A model generated the notes under the pieces. It ran no database searches. It was not told where the DNA came from and saw only the letters and a program-made list of their open reading frames with translations. Below are positions 60,261 to 64,000 of a stretch of DNA of 64,000 nucleotides, in pieces. Positions within the stretch are counted from its first letter, which is position 1. Each line of letters opens with the position of its first letter. Both the position numbers and the translations under genes were made by a program. This DNA comes from an uncultured Gemmatimonadales bacterium (GTDB taxonomy: Bacteria > Gemmatimonadota > Gemmatimonadetes > Gemmatimonadales > GWC2-71-9). The DNA is taken from positions 313,291 through 377,290 of the forward strand of contig CAWCVB010000005.1 of the NCBI GenBank assembly GCA_963798915.1, written 5' to 3'.

Positions 60261-61016
60261 TCAGGCGTGCTCGGCGGCCTGGGCCCGGGACATTGCCGGT
60301 ACGCCGCCGAGATCTCGCCGCGCTTTCCAGAGCGATCGGGCAGCTTCGAGCGGCACAACCCGGCTGGGCCGCGGCCGATACTCGTGATGCTCTGGTGCCC
60401 GTAAGCTCTCGATCTGCCGGGCGTGAACCGCTGTGACCGCCAGGAGTTCCGCCCGCGCGGCCCAGCCGTCGGTGCGCAACAGGCGTTGCGGCCGGTCACG
60501 AAACGCGTGCCGCAGCGTGATCAGCCGGAACGCGGCATATCCACTGACAATGTCCCTCACCCCCGGGATCCGCACGCCAAGCAGCAACGGCGCCAGCTGA
60601 CGCAACCACCGCCGGGCCCGTGAGGGCTCGCCGTCATGTTGCCCCTCTGCCACCACCAGGTCTGCTCCACTGTCCAGCCGCCTCACGATGTCGGGCAGCA
60701 CCTCCGCGTCGTGGGTGAAGTCGGCGTGCATGACAACCGCGTAGTCGCGCTTGGGCCGGTCGCTTCGCTCCAGCGCAGCGCGAAGCAGCGCCTCCACCGT
60801 CGCAGCGTACCCCAGACGCGTCTCATGGGTCGTCACCGTCAGGGGCAGCACCCGCGAATAGGGTGACAGCACCTCGGCGGTCGAATCCGTCGAGCCGTCA
60901 TTGGCGACCAGCAGCTGGTACTCCCGGGGGAAATCCGTGAAGATGCGCCGGATCTTCCAGAGCAGGAGCCCGACAGTGCGGGCCTCATCATGGGACGGAA
61001 TGCAGACGTAGATCAT
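60261..61016 (-). CDS. Glycosyltransferase family 2
   Basis: YVCIPSHDE, NDGSTDST, HADF in place of DxD. Confidence 0.85.
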   Translation of the reverse strand: MIYVCIPSHDEARTVGLLLWKIRRIFTDFPREYQLLVANDGSTDSTAEVLSPYSRVLPLTVTTHETRLGYAATVEALLRAALERSDRPKRDYAVVMHADFTHDAEVLPDIVRRLDSGADLVVAEGQHDGEPSRARRWLRQLAPLLLGVRIPGVRDIVSGYAAFRLITLRHAFRDRPQRLLRTDGWAARAELLAVTAVHARQIESLRAPEHHEYRPRPSRVVPLEAARSLWKARRDLGGVPAMSRAQAAEHA

Positions 61017-61076
61017 GCGTCGTTTTCTGGGTCGAGGGTCGCCTGCATGATAGCGGGGTGGCCGGCTCCTGCGAAA

Positions 61077-63023
61077 TCAGGGCGGGTCAGCGATAGCCAT
61101 GTGGTGTCCCGAGTCACGGCCGGTCGCCATGCGGGCGGCGGTGGCCAGCAGCGAACGGAGTTCGGAGAGGCCGAAGGGCTTGTGAAGCCACGGGCGCTCC
61201 AGGCTTTCGAGGAATTGCAGGGTGTCGCCCCGGATCGTATCGCCGGTGGAGAAGAAGATCCGCCGGGCCAGCTGGGGCCGCTCCCGGGCGACATCTTCGA
61301 ACAGTTCGCGCCCGCCAATCCGCGGCATGCGCAGGTCGCAGATGATCAGGTCGTGCGTCTCTTTGAGCGCCAGCTGGCGTCCTTCGGCACCGTCCGCGGC
61401 CACTTCGACCTCGTGTCCCCATGCCTCGAGGGTGGCACGCATATAGTGCAGAATGTGCGGCTCGTCGTCGACGATCAGCACGCGCAGCGTCCGCTCCAGC
61501 GGCCGCACCTGCTGGAGGCGTGTGGAGGCGGGGCTCGTCGCCTCGGTGAACGGGATGTACACCGTGAACGTGGCACCCTGGCCCGGTTCGGTGACCAGCG
61601 TAATACGTCCACCGTGCTCGCGGACAATGCCCTGGCTGATGGGCAGGCCCAAGCCGGTGCCATCGCCATCGCGCTTGGTGCTGAAGAACGCGTCGAAGAC
61701 GTGCTGTGCCACTTCCGGTGCCATGCCCGGTCCGTCATCCCGCACGTCGACGGCGACACCTTCGTGGAACCGCCGGGCCGTGAGCGTCACCGTTCCCGGG
61801 CGATTGGTCGAGGCGATCGCCTGCGCAGCGTTTGTCAGCAGATTGACGAAGACCTGCTGCATCCGGTTGGAGTCAAGAACGATAGGCGGCAATCCTGCTT
61901 CCACGTCGAGGTGCGCTTCCACCCGGCTCGACATCAGCGGGTTCCGCAGGAGCGCCATGGTGGAACCCAGCAGTTCGCGCAGGTCGGCGGGTGCCCGCTG
62001 ATGATCCTGCTTGCGAGCAAAGTTGAGCAGGTTGCGAACGATGGCTGAGGCCCGCTCCGCTTCCTCGCGGATGACGGCCAGGGGCTCCCGCAGCGGGGCG
62101 GGCACGTCGGGTATTTCGCCGAGGAAATCAGAAAAGCCGACGACCGAAGCCAGGGGATTATTGAGCTCGTGTGCCACGCCGGCAATCAGCTGGCCCATGG
62201 CGGACAGCTTGGCACTCTGCAACAGCTGCTCCTGGAGGCGCCGCTCCTCGGTCTGGTCCTGGAACAGCAGGACAATGCCGGCGTTCTCACCCTCGCCAAC
62301 GGGAATGCCGCTCACCGCATAGGAGCGTGAGGCGGTCTGGAGCTCGACCTCCTGCCGGAGGGGAAACGCGAGGACCCGCTCGAGATCTTCGGCCCACTCG
62401 CTGGGCACGAATCCGGTCCACGGACGGCCGACCAGCACCGCCGGCGGAGCACTCACGAGCTCGGCGAAGGCGCGATTGGCACGCCGTATGCTTCCGGAGC
62501 GGTCCACGATGCAGATGGCGAGCTTGAGGGCGTCGACGACCTCTTGCCATGAGCGCCGGCCATCATCATAGATATCGACGAGTTTGGCGCTCTCAATCGC
62601 CACTGTGCCTTGTGCGGCGATGGCGGCGAGAAGGTCACCAGCAATGGCGGCGAGCCCGCCGACCGGGTCGCGAACCGCGATGAAGCCGCGCACTTGTCGG
62701 CGAGCGAGGAAAGGGGCCAGCTTCCAGTGGCCGGCGGCGTCGTCGAACGTTACGGGCATCTCGCCCGCCAGATGGTCGGCGATTGAGCTGCGGTCCGCAT
62801 CGGGCTCCGGCCACGTGTGCAGCAGCGGCGGGCGCGAGGCGTCGCCCTCGGACAGGGCGAGCACGATTTCCGCGGGGCGGAAGACCTCGCGTGCGGTCTC
62901 CATCAGGATGTCGATCACCGCATCCTGGCGTAGTACTCCGGCAAGTTCGTGGCTCAGGCGGGCCAGGCGCCTGGCGAGGGCGCCGGAATCAGCAAGGTCT
63001 GGACGTGCGAGAGGATGTTCCAT
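61077..63023 (-). CDS. Hybrid sensor histidine kinase (GAF-PAS-HisKA-HATPase-REC)
   Basis: AGVAHELNNPL, NLLTNA, GTGLGL, LIVDDE, CDLRMP. Confidence 0.9.
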   Translation of the reverse strand: MEHPLARPDLADSGALARRLARLSHELAGVLRQDAVIDILMETAREVFRPAEIVLALSEGDASRPPLLHTWPEPDADRSSIADHLAGEMPVTFDDAAGHWKLAPFLARRQVRGFIAVRDPVGGLAAIAGDLLAAIAAQGTVAIESAKLVDIYDDGRRSWQEVVDALKLAICIVDRSGSIRRANRAFAELVSAPPAVLVGRPWTGFVPSEWAEDLERVLAFPLRQEVELQTASRSYAVSGIPVGEGENAGIVLLFQDQTEERRLQEQLLQSAKLSAMGQLIAGVAHELNNPLASVVGFSDFLGEIPDVPAPLREPLAVIREEAERASAIVRNLLNFARKQDHQRAPADLRELLGSTMALLRNPLMSSRVEAHLDVEAGLPPIVLDSNRMQQVFVNLLTNAAQAIASTNRPGTVTLTARRFHEGVAVDVRDDGPGMAPEVAQHVFDAFFSTKRDGDGTGLGLPISQGIVREHGGRITLVTEPGQGATFTVYIPFTEATSPASTRLQQVRPLERTLRVLIVDDEPHILHYMRATLEAWGHEVEVAADGAEGRQLALKETHDLIICDLRMPRIGGRELFEDVARERPQLARRIFFSTGDTIRGDTLQFLESLERPWLHKPFGLSELRSLLATAARMATGRDSGHHMAIADPP

Positions 63024-63732
63024 GATCCGTGCCGATCTGCGCAGTAGTCTACAGGCTGATGATCTGGACCTGGTGCTGCAGCTGCTCAGTGGCGGCTCCG
63101 CCGGGCACCGGAAGCGTCTCGAGCGGCAGCTTGCGGTCGAAGGTCCAGATGCGCTGCTGGATTCGCCGGGCCTGCTGGAGCTGCTGGTTGCCGCGCGGAG
63201 CATGCTCGTGCCGGGTGAGCGGCTTTTTCTCTACGTCGCGATGCGCCATTTCCTGCGAGCGTCCGGGCTCGACGACCGGGATCTCACCGACTACCTGGCC
63301 TCGCTGGTGCTTGCATTCGGCGAACGGGACCGCGCCAATCGCGTGGCATGGCACGACGACCAGCATCACACCTACCTGGTCGATATCCTGGCCGACCTCG
63401 AAAGCACCGAGGGCGAGCGACGTTTCCAGGTGATGGTCCACCTTGGCAACTATGCTCTGTGGCTCTCCGGCCTCTTCCCGGATTATATCGCCGCGCGGCG
63501 CGCGCGCCACGGTGGACCCGACGTTTCGTACTATGACTCGATGGGCCGCCGGGGTTTCGGCCTCGCCGCTGAGCACGTGCTCGCCGGCCGCTATGGTCTG
63601 GATGACGTTTTCCGCGTGGCGGCTGCTTCCATTGTGCCGTTGCGTGCCGCGCTCAATGGTGTCAGCGACCGCTTCCTGTTTCCGTCATCGCTGACCCCTG
63701 AGCGCCTCATGCGGCAACTGGGCGTGCACTGA
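63022..63732 (+). CDS. Conserved-looking hypothetical protein
   Basis: Helical ORF MIRADLR...YLVDIL...HLGNYALWLSGLFPDYI...YYDSMG. Confidence 0.7.
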   Translation: MIRADLRSSLQADDLDLVLQLLSGGSAGHRKRLERQLAVEGPDALLDSPGLLELLVAARSMLVPGERLFLYVAMRHFLRASGLDDRDLTDYLASLVLAFGERDRANRVAWHDDQHHTYLVDILADLESTEGERRFQVMVHLGNYALWLSGLFPDYIAARRARHGGPDVSYYDSMGRRGFGLAAEHVLAGRYGLDDVFRVAAASIVPLRAALNGVSDRFLFPSSLTPERLMRQLGVH

Positions 63733-64000
63733 GCGCCTGGGCGAACGCTTGAAAAAGGCCTGCCTCGGGTGCGCCGCGGTCCACACCCACGAGGTCTTCC
63801 GGGTGCCATTGCACGCCGACCATCCAGGGACCGGCATGGGTTTCGATCGCCTCGACCAGGCCGTCATCGCTGGAGGCCACCGGGACGACGCCCGGCCCCA
63901 GCTCGCGCAGGCCTTGATGATGCGCCGAGTTGACGGCCAGTTCTCCGCAGCCGAGGGCGCGCGCCAAGGCACTGCCTGCGACGACCTGCACGGCATGAGT
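63707..64000 (-). CDS. Peptidase C26 / gamma-glutamyl-GABA hydrolase family glutamine amidotransferase (C-terminal part)
   Basis: VNSAHHQG, DGLVEAIE, GVQWHPE; runs off the window edge. Confidence 0.88.
   Translation of the reverse strand, partial: THAVQVVAGSALARALGCGELAVNSAHHQGLRELGPGVVPVASSDDGLVEAIETHAGPWMVGVQWHPEDLVGVDRGAPEAGLFQAFAQALSARPVAA

Overview
High-GC bacterial chromosome window. Gene content and order suggest Gemmatimonadota (inference, not verified). It has two parts. (1) About 1-18.3 kb is an accessory region downstream of the 3' end of a tRNA operon. It holds a ~3.9 kb block of small secreted/membrane genes bounded by a 36-bp direct repeat inside a DUF2892/YgaP-like gene end. 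Next is an extended K+ uptake locus: kdpE, a short KdpD-like kinase, a putative porin, a 30-aa peptide, kdpFABC, a full-length kdpD with an atypical kinase core, and a PTS EIIA gene. It is heavily frameshifted as sequenced. Last is a collapsed heavy-metal cluster (P-II stub, cusA/cusB fragments, cytochrome c, CDF-like transporter). (2) About 18.4-64 kb is intact core genome: six minus-strand tRNAs (Ala, Gly, fMet, Val, Arg, Pro), a sigma-70 factor, mlaEFD, NUDIX, an AraC-like regulator, atpAGDC, beta-barrels, DsbA, TPM-nucleotidyltransferase-LemA, an M23 peptidase, metG, ricT, accA, dnaE, peptidases, a lipA-pdhABC-lpdA operon, thiO, a GT2 and a hybrid kinase. Intergenic spaces repeatedly carry 7- and 8-mer tandem/inverted repeat arrays. 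No integrase, transposase or CRISPR array is visible. All calls come from reading motifs by eye, with no database searches.
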